Translations under genes and position numbers: made by a program
Notes under the pieces: generated by a model
Told to the model about the DNA's origin: nothing
What the model saw: only the letters and a program-made list of their open reading frames with translations
Database searches by the model: none
IMG/VR virus record: IMGVR_UViG_3300028809_000013
Span: 332 to 64,331 of that record
Source of the DNA: a virus
Taxonomy: Duplodnaviria; Caudoviricetes
Reading direction: 5' to 3' (one strand)
Length of the DNA: 64,000 nt
In this document: positions 54,633 to 63,345 of the stretch, piece by piece
How the letters are laid out: each line of letters starts with the position of its first letter
How positions within the stretch are numbered: position 1 is the first letter of the stretch

Positions 54633-55913
54633 TCAGTACCTCCCAATCATCTGCCACGGTCCCACGTACGACGCCTCGGAATGGCCCAGCACGGAGATGG
54701 CGTAGGGCTGACCCACCGGCAGGCCCAGCGCTTCCCGCCACACTTGCCAGAGATGCGACAGGAAAAGCTTCTCCGTCTTGCGCAGCGCCGTCAGGTGCTT
54801 GCGCCCGTCCGCCCAGCCCACGCGCTCGCGGTCCAGCTTCGCCCGCTCGGCGCGGTACACCTGCTCGTACTTGCCCCGCGGCACCTTCAGGAAGCCAGTG
54901 CCTACCAGATACATCTGCTTCTTCACGTAGGCGTCGTAGGTGGACTTCTGCCCGCGCGCCGGCTTGGGCTGGGCCGCACGCACACCGTCCTCCGGGCCGG
55001 CCACCTTCACCAGGGCGCCGGTGCACGAGGCGGTGCTTCCGAGCGCCTGATGCTTGCCGGTCACGTTGTAGCCCACCGGCCAGTCGCGCGTCATACCGCA
55101 GGCGGCGCAGGCGTAGCGCTCGCCGGGCACCGTGGCGAGGCCCGCGTACGCCCAAAACGCGGACGCCGTGGTCGCCTTCCTCGGGTCCAGCCGCGCCAGC
55201 AGCTTGCACGCGAGCGTAGGCCCGATCCCCTTCACCTGCGACAGCCACGGCCAGCAAACGTGGTCTTTCAGCGCACGCTCCATCTCCTTGCGAAGCTCCT
55301 GCTCCTCGGACCACGCGCGGTGGTACATGCGGCCCAGGATCGGCACCGGCCCGCTCTCCTCGCCACGGGCGATGGCGCCCAGCATCTCCTCCACACCCGC
55401 GACCTCCTCCGTCCCCTCGCCCCACGTCTCGTCGCGGCCCTGAAGCACGGCGCGAATCTGCTCGCCGCACCCGATACGCTTGCGCTGCGCCTGCTCGTAC
55501 CCGTCCGCGAGGAAACGCAGCATGCGGTCGTTCTCGGACTGCGGGGGCGCCTCGTGGTTGGCCGCCGACAGAACCGTCTGCGTCGCCACAAAGGAGTCCA
55601 GATCGGCTTCATGGCGTCCGACAAGGCCACGCCGTGCCTTCCACTCCTCGTTCTCCTGATGCTCACGCAGTTCCGTCAGCCCCTTCTTGCCGAAGCCGCG
55701 AATCAGCAGCAGCGCTTCGTCCGACAGCCGCGCCGCCGCCGCGGGCGTGGCGAAGCCGTCGCTGCGCAGCGCGTTGGACGTGCGCGCCGACAGATCGGAC
55801 CAATCCTCGTCCCGCCCGGCCACGGCGGCTCCGTGGCGGGAGGAGAAGAACGTCACGTCCGTGCGCTCCCCGCTTGCCAGCTCCTTCAGCGCTTCCCTCT
55901 CGATGGTGCTCAT
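54633..55913 (-). CDS. TIGR-associated (Tas)-like Nop-domain protein with N-terminal RNAP alpha-CTD-like domain
   Basis: IS110/Nop-type core (Q..RI...QIR coil; WLSQVKGIGP.LA..LLA; SAFWAYAGL; H..A.RK..KLFLSHLW..WR...GLP); no RuvC DEDD domain; aa 37-84 resemble alpha-CTD; adjacent array. Confidence 0.85.
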   Translation of the reverse strand: MSTIEREALKELASGERTDVTFFSSRHGAAVAGRDEDWSDLSARTSNALRSDGFATPAAAARLSDEALLLIRGFGKKGLTELREHQENEEWKARRGLVGRHEADLDSFVATQTVLSAANHEAPPQSENDRMLRFLADGYEQAQRKRIGCGEQIRAVLQGRDETWGEGTEEVAGVEEMLGAIARGEESGPVPILGRMYHRAWSEEQELRKEMERALKDHVCWPWLSQVKGIGPTLACKLLARLDPRKATTASAFWAYAGLATVPGERYACAACGMTRDWPVGYNVTGKHQALGSTASCTGALVKVAGPEDGVRAAQPKPARGQKSTYDAYVKKQMYLVGTGFLKVPRGKYEQVYRAERAKLDRERVGWADGRKHLTALRKTEKLFLSHLWQVWREALGLPVGQPYAISVLGHSEASYVGPWQMIGRY

Positions 55914-55967
55914 CTTCGGCTGCCTTGCTTCCGGTTGGTAGTATACAAATTGTACTGCGACGTAATC

Positions 55968-55996
55968 AACTTACATCACGGCATAACTCCGCGCAA
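55968..55996 (-). promoter_or_regulatory. Promoter of the tas-array D unit
   Basis: TTGCGC-N17-TAAGTT. Confidence 0.65.
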
Positions 55997-56004
55997 GTGT
56001 CTCG

Positions 56005-57180
56005 TTACTGCGGACCTGCCATCGTGGATGCCGCGGTAGGCGAGGCGGGGTGCAGAGGCGCCAGCAGCAGCGTATAGGGCGGCGAGCCCTCCGGCACCGC
56101 GGCCGGGGTGATGATGATCGGCTGTCCGGGATGGCCGGGCAGGTCGATCCGTGCCTTGTCCCCCGGCACCTTGTCCATCAGGGCGAGCATCTGCTTGGCG
56201 TTGATGCCGCAGGTGAAGTCCGGCCCGTCCCCCTCCACATCCACCATATCGCGTGCGAGCCCGTTGCGGGTGGCGCTGTACAGGTGCAGTTCCTTGGCGT
56301 GACGCACCGCGAAACGCACCGGATGGATGTCCTCGCCGCTCGCCACCACGTCCATCCGCATCAGCGCCTCGATCAGCGGCTTGCGCTCCGCCTCAATCCA
56401 GGAACAAAGCTGCTGGCGCGCCCGATTGAGCACGTCGTCCACGACGGAGGGGAACAACTCGGTGAGCGTCTTGGCGTGGTACTCCCGGTCGCCGGCCCGG
56501 AACGATGCCCATCCCTTGTCCACCGACACGCCGACCGAGTCCGTGGGCTCGAAGAAACGCTGCACGTTGGCGACGGACGGGGGCAACAGGCTGATTTCGG
56601 TTCCCGGCTCCGGCTGCCGTCCGCCCTCATAGGGAACCTGAAGCTCCGCGAACACAGCGCTGTCCCCCGCGATGACCTGCATGTGCGTGGGCTTGAAGCG
56701 CAGCGCCATCCCCAACAGCGCCGGCCGCCCCATCTCCGGGGTCGCCACCGCGAACGCCACATGATCCGCGGCGAGGTGCAGGTACTCCCCCGGCACGTAC
56801 AGGATCGGGTCGTCCGGGGCGCCACCCACCGGCGGGAAATCGTCCACGTCCATCTGTGGGATGTCGTACCGGCTGCGGCCCACGGCGATGGCCACCATCC
56901 CCTTGCCTTCCACCGCGAACGACACCTCCAGCCCGCTCGGCTTGCGCAACGCCTCGGCCAGCATGTGCGCGCCCAGCAGCAGCCGCCCCGGCTGGCGCAC
57001 CATCGCCGCGACCCGGATGCGGGCGGCGGTCTGGATGTCCGTCCCGGTCAGCGTCACGTACCCGCCGGACGCCTCGATGAGCACGCCCCGGCCAGCGGTG
57101 ATGGGCAGGCGGGGGTTAATACTCCGCATCACAAGGGCGAGCGCGGACGAAAACACACTCGCGTTGGCTGTGAATTTCAC
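56005..57180 (-). CDS. dnaN: DNA polymerase III beta sliding clamp
   Basis: GVLIEA....TLTGTD, DDFPP, FAVA....RP.L.G, FP, INAK.ML and P.II patterns; 391 aa from a GTG with GGAGG RBS. Confidence 0.85.
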   Translation of the reverse strand: MKFTANASVFSSALALVMRSINPRLPITAGRGVLIEASGGYVTLTGTDIQTAARIRVAAMVRQPGRLLLGAHMLAEALRKPSGLEVSFAVEGKGMVAIAVGRSRYDIPQMDVDDFPPVGGAPDDPILYVPGEYLHLAADHVAFAVATPEMGRPALLGMALRFKPTHMQVIAGDSAVFAELQVPYEGGRQPEPGTEISLLPPSVANVQRFFEPTDSVGVSVDKGWASFRAGDREYHAKTLTELFPSVVDDVLNRARQQLCSWIEAERKPLIEALMRMDVVASGEDIHPVRFAVRHAKELHLYSATRNGLARDMVDVEGDGPDFTCGINAKQMLALMDKVPGDKARIDLPGHPGQPIIITPAAVPEGSPPYTLLLAPLHPASPTAASTMAGPQ

Positions 57181-57419
57181 CACTTCCTCCTTTTCATGTC
57201 CTTTGCACCCTCCGTCAACCACGCGCCGATAGCGATCAACCAGCACAACACCCACACTACTAGCGGAATCCAGACTGGAGACAACACCAACCACCACGAC
57301 CAATCCAGCTTCCCGCTCATCTTCATTCCTACCAGTGCTCCCTGCACGCTACCCATCAACATCCTTGCGATTCCTTCAAAACCAAACAGATTCGCGCCGA
57401 CCTGCTTCCATTTACTCAT
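57177..57419 (-). CDS. Small membrane protein
   Basis: K..G.LDWSWWLVLSPVWIP motif. Confidence 0.7.
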   Translation of the reverse strand: MSKWKQVGANLFGFEGIARMLMGSVQGALVGMKMSGKLDWSWWLVLSPVWIPLVVWVLCWLIAIGAWLTEGAKDMKRRKW

Positions 57420-57786
57420 CTTCCCCTCCCCCCTCACTTATCACCACGTCACCGTCCGCCAACGGGATCGCCTGCCCATACTCCGTCCTGCACACCCGTT
57501 TGAAACCGTTGTTCTCCATGTTGGACAGCAAGATTCTTTCATTCGGGTCCGCCCTCTCCCTGACTTCCTCCACCGTTTCTTCGCGACCGTACATCGTCCA
57601 CGGCGAACAAACCTTCCAATCCCCTGTCAGGGCTCCCGACTCTCCTTCCACCTCCTCACGCTCCACCAATCGATACCCAAAGGTATGCGGTCGCTTCCCG
57701 GTCAGCCCTCCTTCGGGAAACTTCACATAGCTGTTTTCCGAAAACAGCAATCCAGGATGCAGATACTCCACATATCGAACGATCAT
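57412..57786 (-). CDS. Hypothetical protein
   Basis: GAGGAG RBS-like sequence; ILLSNMENNG motif. Confidence 0.7.
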   Translation of the reverse strand: MIVRYVEYLHPGLLFSENSYVKFPEGGLTGKRPHTFGYRLVEREEVEGESGALTGDWKVCSPWTMYGREETVEEVRERADPNERILLSNMENNGFKRVCRTEYGQAIPLADGDVVISEGGGEDE

Positions 57787-57813
57787 CTGCTCCGTCTCCT
57801 CGCAAAGGGGGTC

Positions 57814-60474
57814 TTATGCCGCACGTGCGGCCATGCGCTCCAACAGCTCCTCCATCATCCCACGTTCGTCGCTCGCCATCTCTCCGTCCGTCGCGGTGGA
57901 CACCTCCCGGCGCCTGCGGTCCAGGATCGCCATGATATCCTCCTCGATGGTGTCCTCCGCCAGCAGATACCAGTGGTTCGCCGGATCGGGCTTGTCGATG
58001 TGCCCAACTCTCATCTCCAACTGGTCCATGTCGTCCGGCGTCCACCCCAGTTCGATGATGGCGGTGTCGTTGGCTGCGGTCAGCGTCAGGCCCATGCCGC
58101 CACTCTGGAAGTTGATGGAGATGAGCGGGCACGCCGGGTCCGCTTTGTACTCCCGGCACGGGAATTCCGCGGCATAATGCAGCTCGTGGGAACGTCCGCA
58201 CGCAGCACAGCGCTGGAACCGCGTCACCGCCTCGTCCTTGCGCCCGGCCGTCACCCCGCCGTGGATGTACGGGGCCTGGAACCGCCGCGCCACTTCCTCC
58301 ACGACCTCCTGATGCCACGCGCCGACGATCAGCTTTTCGCCGCTCTCCTCCATGAAATTGCCGATCCACTCCACCACGCCCGCCATCTTGCCGAACGCGG
58401 CCAATCGCTTCAACGCCCCGATGCGTACCAACCCCTCCGCCCGCTGCGCCCGGTAGGCGGCATCCTGCGCCCTCGCCTTGCGCGCTTCCCGGCGCTGCTC
58501 CGGGCTCATCCCCTCCAGCGACGCGTTGAACTCGCGGTCCTTCAGCGCATGCTCCGCCGCCCAGCCGGCCACGTCACGCTCCGCGCGCTGGTATTCGGCG
58601 CGGTTGTCGATGGTGAAGGGCACGATGTGCCGCTCCACCATGGGAATTTCCGCATACACGTCGCGGCGGCGGCGGCGCACCATGCAGACGCTCCGGAGTC
58701 TCTGGTTCAGCTCCACCATGGCCTCCGGCGGCACCCGCACGCTGCCCATGACGCCGCCAGCATAGCCACAGTAGCGGGTGGCGTAACCGTAGAAGCCACC
58801 CATGTCGTCCAGCCGGTCGATGATCTGCAAAGGCTCGATCAGGTCCGCCGCCTGCTTGCGCATCGGCGTGCCGGACAGGAGAAGCTGCACCATGTCGTGC
58901 ATCACCTCCCGGCAGCGCGTTCGCCAGCCGGCGGCGAGGTGTCGCAGCACCAGCGTGCGCTGCGCCTTCCGCCCCAGCACGTGGCGGTGGAACTCGTCGC
59001 AGACCAGCCCGCGAAACAGCATCTCCGCCAGCGGGCCGTCGCAAGTATCCACGATGCGCTTGCCGCGGTTGTTCACGGTCCAACGCACCCCGGCCCAATC
59101 CATCAGGATGTCGTAATTGATGATGAGGACTTCGGCGCTACGGAGCTGGCGCAGGCACTCCCCGAACCATTTCTCGTGCCGCTCGGCATAGCGCAGCGCC
59201 GGCCCCGTCTCGATCCAGTTGTCCGGCTCGCGCGGCGCCTTGCCGTCCAACACCGCCACGGATCTTCCGAGCAACCAGCGCTCCGCTTCCCGGCGCCATG
59301 CAGACTTCAGGGTGGCCGGCACCACCAGCAGCGCGGGATAGGATTCGGTGTGGCAGAGGGTCGCCAACGCCTGTGCGCTTTTCCCCAAACGCATCTCGTC
59401 CGCAAGGATGATCCGCCGCTGCCGGGACGCGTAGGAGACGCCCACGCGCTGGAAGGGGCGCAGCGTGCCGCCGAGATTGTCCACGTGGAATTCAGTGTCG
59501 GGCAGGCGACTTTCTTCAAGGTTGGCTTCCGCGCGCTGGAGCGCCGACTCCGCCCGCTCCAGCGCGTCGGCCTCCACCTCGAAGTCGTGCTCGGCGGCGA
59601 AGCGCAGCAACTCCGCGCCGGTGAGCTCCGGAACCTCCCACACCTTCTGTGCGTTGACCCAGCGCGCCCCCGGCAACTGCTTTACCGCAGTCACCAGCGC
59701 CGCGCTGTACGGGAATGAGACGCAGAACCGTTCTCCACCCCAAGTCACCCGGCGAGGGTTGGGACGAGGCTGGGCTTCGGTATCCACCTTGGGCTCCTTC
59801 CGCTCCCACGTGGCCCGCGCCGCCGCCACTCGCTCCGGGTCGCTGAGATAGGCGTCCGCCTTGGCCCAGCGCACGCGGGCCTGCCGCGCTAGTTCTTGCT
59901 CTCGGGATACAACAGATTCATCAACTTGTCCGCCTCTTCCACTACGGACTCCAGAATCCCTTCCATGAATCGCACCGGGTCGGTGCGGTCCGCAGTCTTG
60001 AAACGATGTACCGCTTCGCTCTTCGCTCCGACAATGGCGGACTGTATCAATCCCCTCGCCTGCTCCCTGTCCAGCATCGGATTCCTTGGGTTGATGGGAA
60101 CGCAGATCCACGCACTTGCGCGGCAACCAGCATTCGATTGTGGTTTCTGTGGCGACACGATTCCGGATGGCTTCCCGCTCGGCGGGGCTCATCGCGGCGT
60201 AGGTTTCGGCGTGGGGCAGGCCCAACTCTTTGGAACAATCGGTCCCGAATCCCAGCAGGCGAGAGGCGGGGTTATCGATGTCGCGACCGCAGCGCTGGCA
60301 AACCTCACATTCACGCACCAACACGTGCGCGCGAACCTGCACCGCAGCCGGCGTTACGCGGACAACCTCGGCGGCGATCTCGCGGCTGGCGATGCCCTTG
60401 TCCTTGGCCAGCCACGCGGGCAGGCCCAATTCAATGCGATCCCCTACCGCAAACTGCACTTCCGCTGTCGTCAT
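57814..60474 (-). CDS. SNF2-family helicase with HARP-like and N-terminal Zn-finger (DUF6011-like) domains
   Basis: LRPFQ..GV, ILADEMRLGKS, CDEFH, LLSGTP, GLTLT.A, Q.E.R; FPYS..LV..VK.LPG.RW; CQRCGR....P.S...G.G.DC. Confidence 0.9.
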   Translation of the reverse strand: MTTAEVQFAVGDRIELGLPAWLAKDKGIASREIAAEVVRVTPAAVQVRAHVLVRECEVCQRCGRDIDNPASRLLGFGTDCSKELGLPHAETYAAMSPAEREAIRNRVATETTIECWLPRKCVDLRSHQPKESDAGQGAGEGIDTVRHCRSEERSGTSFQDCGPHRPGAIHGRDSGVRSGRGGQVDESVVSREQELARQARVRWAKADAYLSDPERVAAARATWERKEPKVDTEAQPRPNPRRVTWGGERFCVSFPYSAALVTAVKQLPGARWVNAQKVWEVPELTGAELLRFAAEHDFEVEADALERAESALQRAEANLEESRLPDTEFHVDNLGGTLRPFQRVGVSYASRQRRIILADEMRLGKSAQALATLCHTESYPALLVVPATLKSAWRREAERWLLGRSVAVLDGKAPREPDNWIETGPALRYAERHEKWFGECLRQLRSAEVLIINYDILMDWAGVRWTVNNRGKRIVDTCDGPLAEMLFRGLVCDEFHRHVLGRKAQRTLVLRHLAAGWRTRCREVMHDMVQLLLSGTPMRKQAADLIEPLQIIDRLDDMGGFYGYATRYCGYAGGVMGSVRVPPEAMVELNQRLRSVCMVRRRRRDVYAEIPMVERHIVPFTIDNRAEYQRAERDVAGWAAEHALKDREFNASLEGMSPEQRREARKARAQDAAYRAQRAEGLVRIGALKRLAAFGKMAGVVEWIGNFMEESGEKLIVGAWHQEVVEEVARRFQAPYIHGGVTAGRKDEAVTRFQRCAACGRSHELHYAAEFPCREYKADPACPLISINFQSGGMGLTLTAANDTAIIELGWTPDDMDQLEMRVGHIDKPDPANHWYLLAEDTIEEDIMAILDRRRREVSTATDGEMASDERGMMEELLERMAARAA

Positions 60475-60523
60475 TCGCCATGCTCTGATCGGTCAACCCG
60501 CGAACCAAATTCATCTGCATGGC

Positions 60524-60552
60524 AATCTATGCTAACCCGGAGCAGAAGTCAA
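60524..60552 (-). promoter_or_regulatory. Sigma70-like promoter for the helicase-clamp unit
   Basis: TTGACT-N17-TAGATT. Confidence 0.65.
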
Positions 60553-61124
60553 GCAGCCTGCGAAACGGCGCAGCAGGGTCCATGGCGGCTGAGATTGATA
60601 TCCTCCATCGGATGCAGCTTGCCGCATTCCAGGCACGGCGCACGCACGATCTCGCGGGTTTGATAGATGCCGGTGAAGCGGAAGCCCAGCCGCCCCTTCA
60701 GTAGATGCTCGGCCGCACGGGGGTGCACTCCCAGTCGCCGCCCAAGGTCGGGCCACGTAAGGCGTCGCTCCGGCGGCTCGCGCAGGCTTTCGTTGACGGC
60801 GCGCCACCCGTCGTCCGTGGTGATCTGGTGGCGCCTGCGGCTGGGTCGATTGTCCGCCGGCTGCATCAACACCGGCTTGCGCATCACCTCCTTGCGCCGC
60901 TGGCAAAAAAGCTCGACGGCCTCCATGTAGATGGCTCCGGCGTCGGGGCTCCAGTCCGCCCAGCGCCACGGAGCGCCGGACGGATAGAGGGCCGCGGTAA
61001 TCTCGGCGTCCATGGTAAGCTCACCAAAGCGGGCGAGCACACGTTCCACGACGACGACGATCTCTTCGCGGGACAGCGGGGAGAAGGGGAGGTATGTTTG
61101 CGGTGGGTTCATGGCAACGGTCAC
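60549..61124 (-). CDS. Hypothetical protein, possibly DNA-binding with Zn site
   Basis: TW.DLGRRLGV HTH-like segment; CLECG...H..CC. Confidence 0.55.
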   Translation of the reverse strand: MTVAMNPPQTYLPFSPLSREEIVVVVERVLARFGELTMDAEITAALYPSGAPWRWADWSPDAGAIYMEAVELFCQRRKEVMRKPVLMQPADNRPSRRRHQITTDDGWRAVNESLREPPERRLTWPDLGRRLGVHPRAAEHLLKGRLGFRFTGIYQTREIVRAPCLECGKLHPMEDINLSRHGPCCAVSQAA

Positions 61125-61549
61125 GTAGGGTGAAGCAATCTCGTCCCAACAACACTCACGCGGTTCGTAAAGAGATCGAACGCAATCGCTTCCTGACCGG
61201 GACGCCAGACCGGGTATCCCATCTCCTCCGCGTATCCCACGGTAGAGGCAGTGCCCCTTCCTCCAAGAAACGCAACCACTAAATCAGGATACGATTTCTT
61301 CAGCATTTCCCGATTGCGGATCGGGCCAGCGCGCCTTCCGTGCTTCTGCCAGTCGGCAGGAAACTCCATCAGCGCCACATCCATGCGTTCAGCCCACTCC
61401 TTGGCAAACATATCCGCGCCCGGTGCCCCACCATGCACCAAGAGCGTGATCGGCCGCTTTTCGTGCAACTCACACAGCGCTGCGAACACAAAAGTCCGGG
61501 ACGCATAATCACGACCCCCGGTCACCACCACCACGTTTCGTGTCACCAT
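61121..61549 (-). CDS. SLOG-family (DUF2493/YspA-like) protein
   Basis: VVVTGGRDY...LVHGGAPGAD...FPADW..HGR.AGPIRN..ML...GGRGT. Confidence 0.9.
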   Translation of the reverse strand: MVTRNVVVVTGGRDYASRTFVFAALCELHEKRPITLLVHGGAPGADMFAKEWAERMDVALMEFPADWQKHGRRAGPIRNREMLKKSYPDLVVAFLGGRGTASTVGYAEEMGYPVWRPGQEAIAFDLFTNRVSVVGTRLLHPT

Positions 61550-63345
61550 TCTTCACCTTCCTGCACGTGGCGCTGCGTGATCCGGAGGTTCCTACGGTTG
61601 AAGCGAAAAGGCACTTCCAGGGTCGGACCGTGGCGGTTCTTGGCGAGCACCGCCACGCTGTCAACGTCTCCGGTGGGGTAGGCGTGGCCGTTACCGTGCA
61701 GGTTGATGCTCTCCGTGACCGGCCGGACGCGGGAATGGTCGGGGATGATGATCTGGTCCGGATCGGCGGCCATCTGCATGCCCCCGTAGAGATCCTGCAT
61801 CACCGGCGTCTCCTTCTTCTTCGCGGCCTCGTTAGTGAGCTGCGACAGGCCAAAGATCAACAGACGGTGCTCTTTTGCCAGCCGGAAAAGCGACTGCGAG
61901 CCAGCGATGGCATGCTCATGCACCTTCTTCTCCACGCCGTGCGAAAGCATCCACAAAAGCTGGAGATAGTCCACCACGAAGGTGCGACAGCCACAGTACT
62001 CCCACAGGTGCAGGATGGACGACGTTACATCGTCTACACTGCGCAACAGCTCGCGGTTCGCTTTGATGACACCACCCGTCTCCTCCATGATGATCGCCAT
62101 CCGCTCGGCGGCAATATCCCACGTCGCGCGGTTGAAGCGCTCGCCGTAGCCAAGCTCCGCCGCCGTCACGTCCGCGATCATGGGCAGGAACCGGCCGGCG
62201 TTCTGCCCCTGAGACATCTCCATGGAGACAAAGCCCACGCGCTCGCCGTGCATGAAGGCGGTGGCGGCGCAGTTCTGCGCCAGCATGGACTTGCGACCGT
62301 TCTGCCCGCCGCCGATCACCACGTACCAGCCGTGGGCAAGCCCCGCCTCGCCGCCCTCGTCGCCACAGGCTTCGGACCACTTGGCCCACGGCGTAGGTAC
62401 CACGTCGAGCGGACGTTCCCGCTCCTCCGCCATGCGCTCCAGCGTGTCGCCAACCAGCGAATCGAAGGCGAACGGCGGCTTGGGGGTGCCAATCTTCTCC
62501 GCGGCCCGCATCAGCCCGTCCATGCGGACACGGAAGCCGGCCGGGTCCTGCTGGCGCAGCGCGCAGGGGTCTTTGGCCCCCGCCGCGGCGGCGCGGATCA
62601 CCTTGGCATCCGGTAGGTCAGCGGCGATGGAGCGCACCATGATCGCACCGCCGCCGTCCGGCTCCTCCCACACGTAAACGTCACGGTCCGTCAGGAAGGG
62701 CAGCACGGCTTCCCGGCAGTGCAACCACGTATCGGCCCCAGGAAGGCCCAAGGCCATGATTCCGACGCACCAGAGTGCCTGCGTGTCAGTCTCCCCTTCC
62801 ACGAGGAACACAGGAGCGTCTGGCGCGATCTTGGGGAGCATCCAGAGCCCGTAGCAGCCGGGGATGCTGCCGCCCTCGCCCTCCCAATACTGGTTCTTCT
62901 TGCCCGGCCGCTTCTGGAGGCGCAAGCGGCGGCGCAGGAGCGCGCCGTCCAGCCCATAATAGGGGATGTACACCACGGGCGAGCCGAACTTGCCCACTTC
63001 GGACACCACGCCCCACGACTCCAGCCGGTCCGCTGGCAATCCCTTCTCCGCCGCGTAGTCGTCCACCGTGTAGCCGCGATGCTGGCGGATGCTCACCTCG
63101 ATTCCCAGCGCGTCGGCCAGCCCCATCAGGCGCCCGCTCCCCTGACCGCCGCACCCGCTGCACTTCCAGCCGTACTCGCCCAGCATGGCGGACGCGGTCG
63201 TGTCGTCGTGGGCCACCAACGGGCAGCGGAAGCGGAGCAGGCCGTTCGGTCCCGGCGTCGGCTTCAGCTCGGACCTGCGGCGAATCTCGTCCGCCAGCAG
63301 GGCGCGCAGCCCGGCGATGTCCGCGACTTCGATTGCGGCGCTCAT
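61543..63345 (-). CDS. Primase-helicase (Zn finger, Toprim, DnaB-like)
   Basis: CP...HDD...C.GC; LVEGETD; KDP; FVSMEMS; VVDYLQL; LSQL; AKNRHGP. Confidence 0.9.
   Translation of the reverse strand: MSAAIEVADIAGLRALLADEIRRRSELKPTPGPNGLLRFRCPLVAHDDTTASAMLGEYGWKCSGCGGQGSGRLMGLADALGIEVSIRQHRGYTVDDYAAEKGLPADRLESWGVVSEVGKFGSPVVYIPYYGLDGALLRRRLRLQKRPGKKNQYWEGEGGSIPGCYGLWMLPKIAPDAPVFLVEGETDTQALWCVGIMALGLPGADTWLHCREAVLPFLTDRDVYVWEEPDGGGAIMVRSIAADLPDAKVIRAAAAGAKDPCALRQQDPAGFRVRMDGLMRAAEKIGTPKPPFAFDSLVGDTLERMAEERERPLDVVPTPWAKWSEACGDEGGEAGLAHGWYVVIGGGQNGRKSMLAQNCAATAFMHGERVGFVSMEMSQGQNAGRFLPMIADVTAAELGYGERFNRATWDIAAERMAIIMEETGGVIKANRELLRSVDDVTSSILHLWEYCGCRTFVVDYLQLLWMLSHGVEKKVHEHAIAGSQSLFRLAKEHRLLIFGLSQLTNEAAKKKETPVMQDLYGGMQMAADPDQIIIPDHSRVRPVTESINLHGNGHAYPTGDVDSVAVLAKNRHGPTLEVPFRFNRRNLRITQRHVQEGEEW

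Noticed and set aside
54633-55913. IS110-family transposase or insertion sequence
   Set aside because: Shares the HhH/Nop core but has no N-terminal DEDD RuvC domain and no catalytic SG loop, and is followed by a dual-repeat array that recurs at three other loci.
56050-59718. 1222-aa + strand ORF and similar long antisense ORFs (35250-37532, 39984-41969, 22899-24752, 1911-3110)
   Set aside because: Shadow frames opposite well-supported genes in high-GC DNA, with Arg/His/Gly-biased composition and no motifs.
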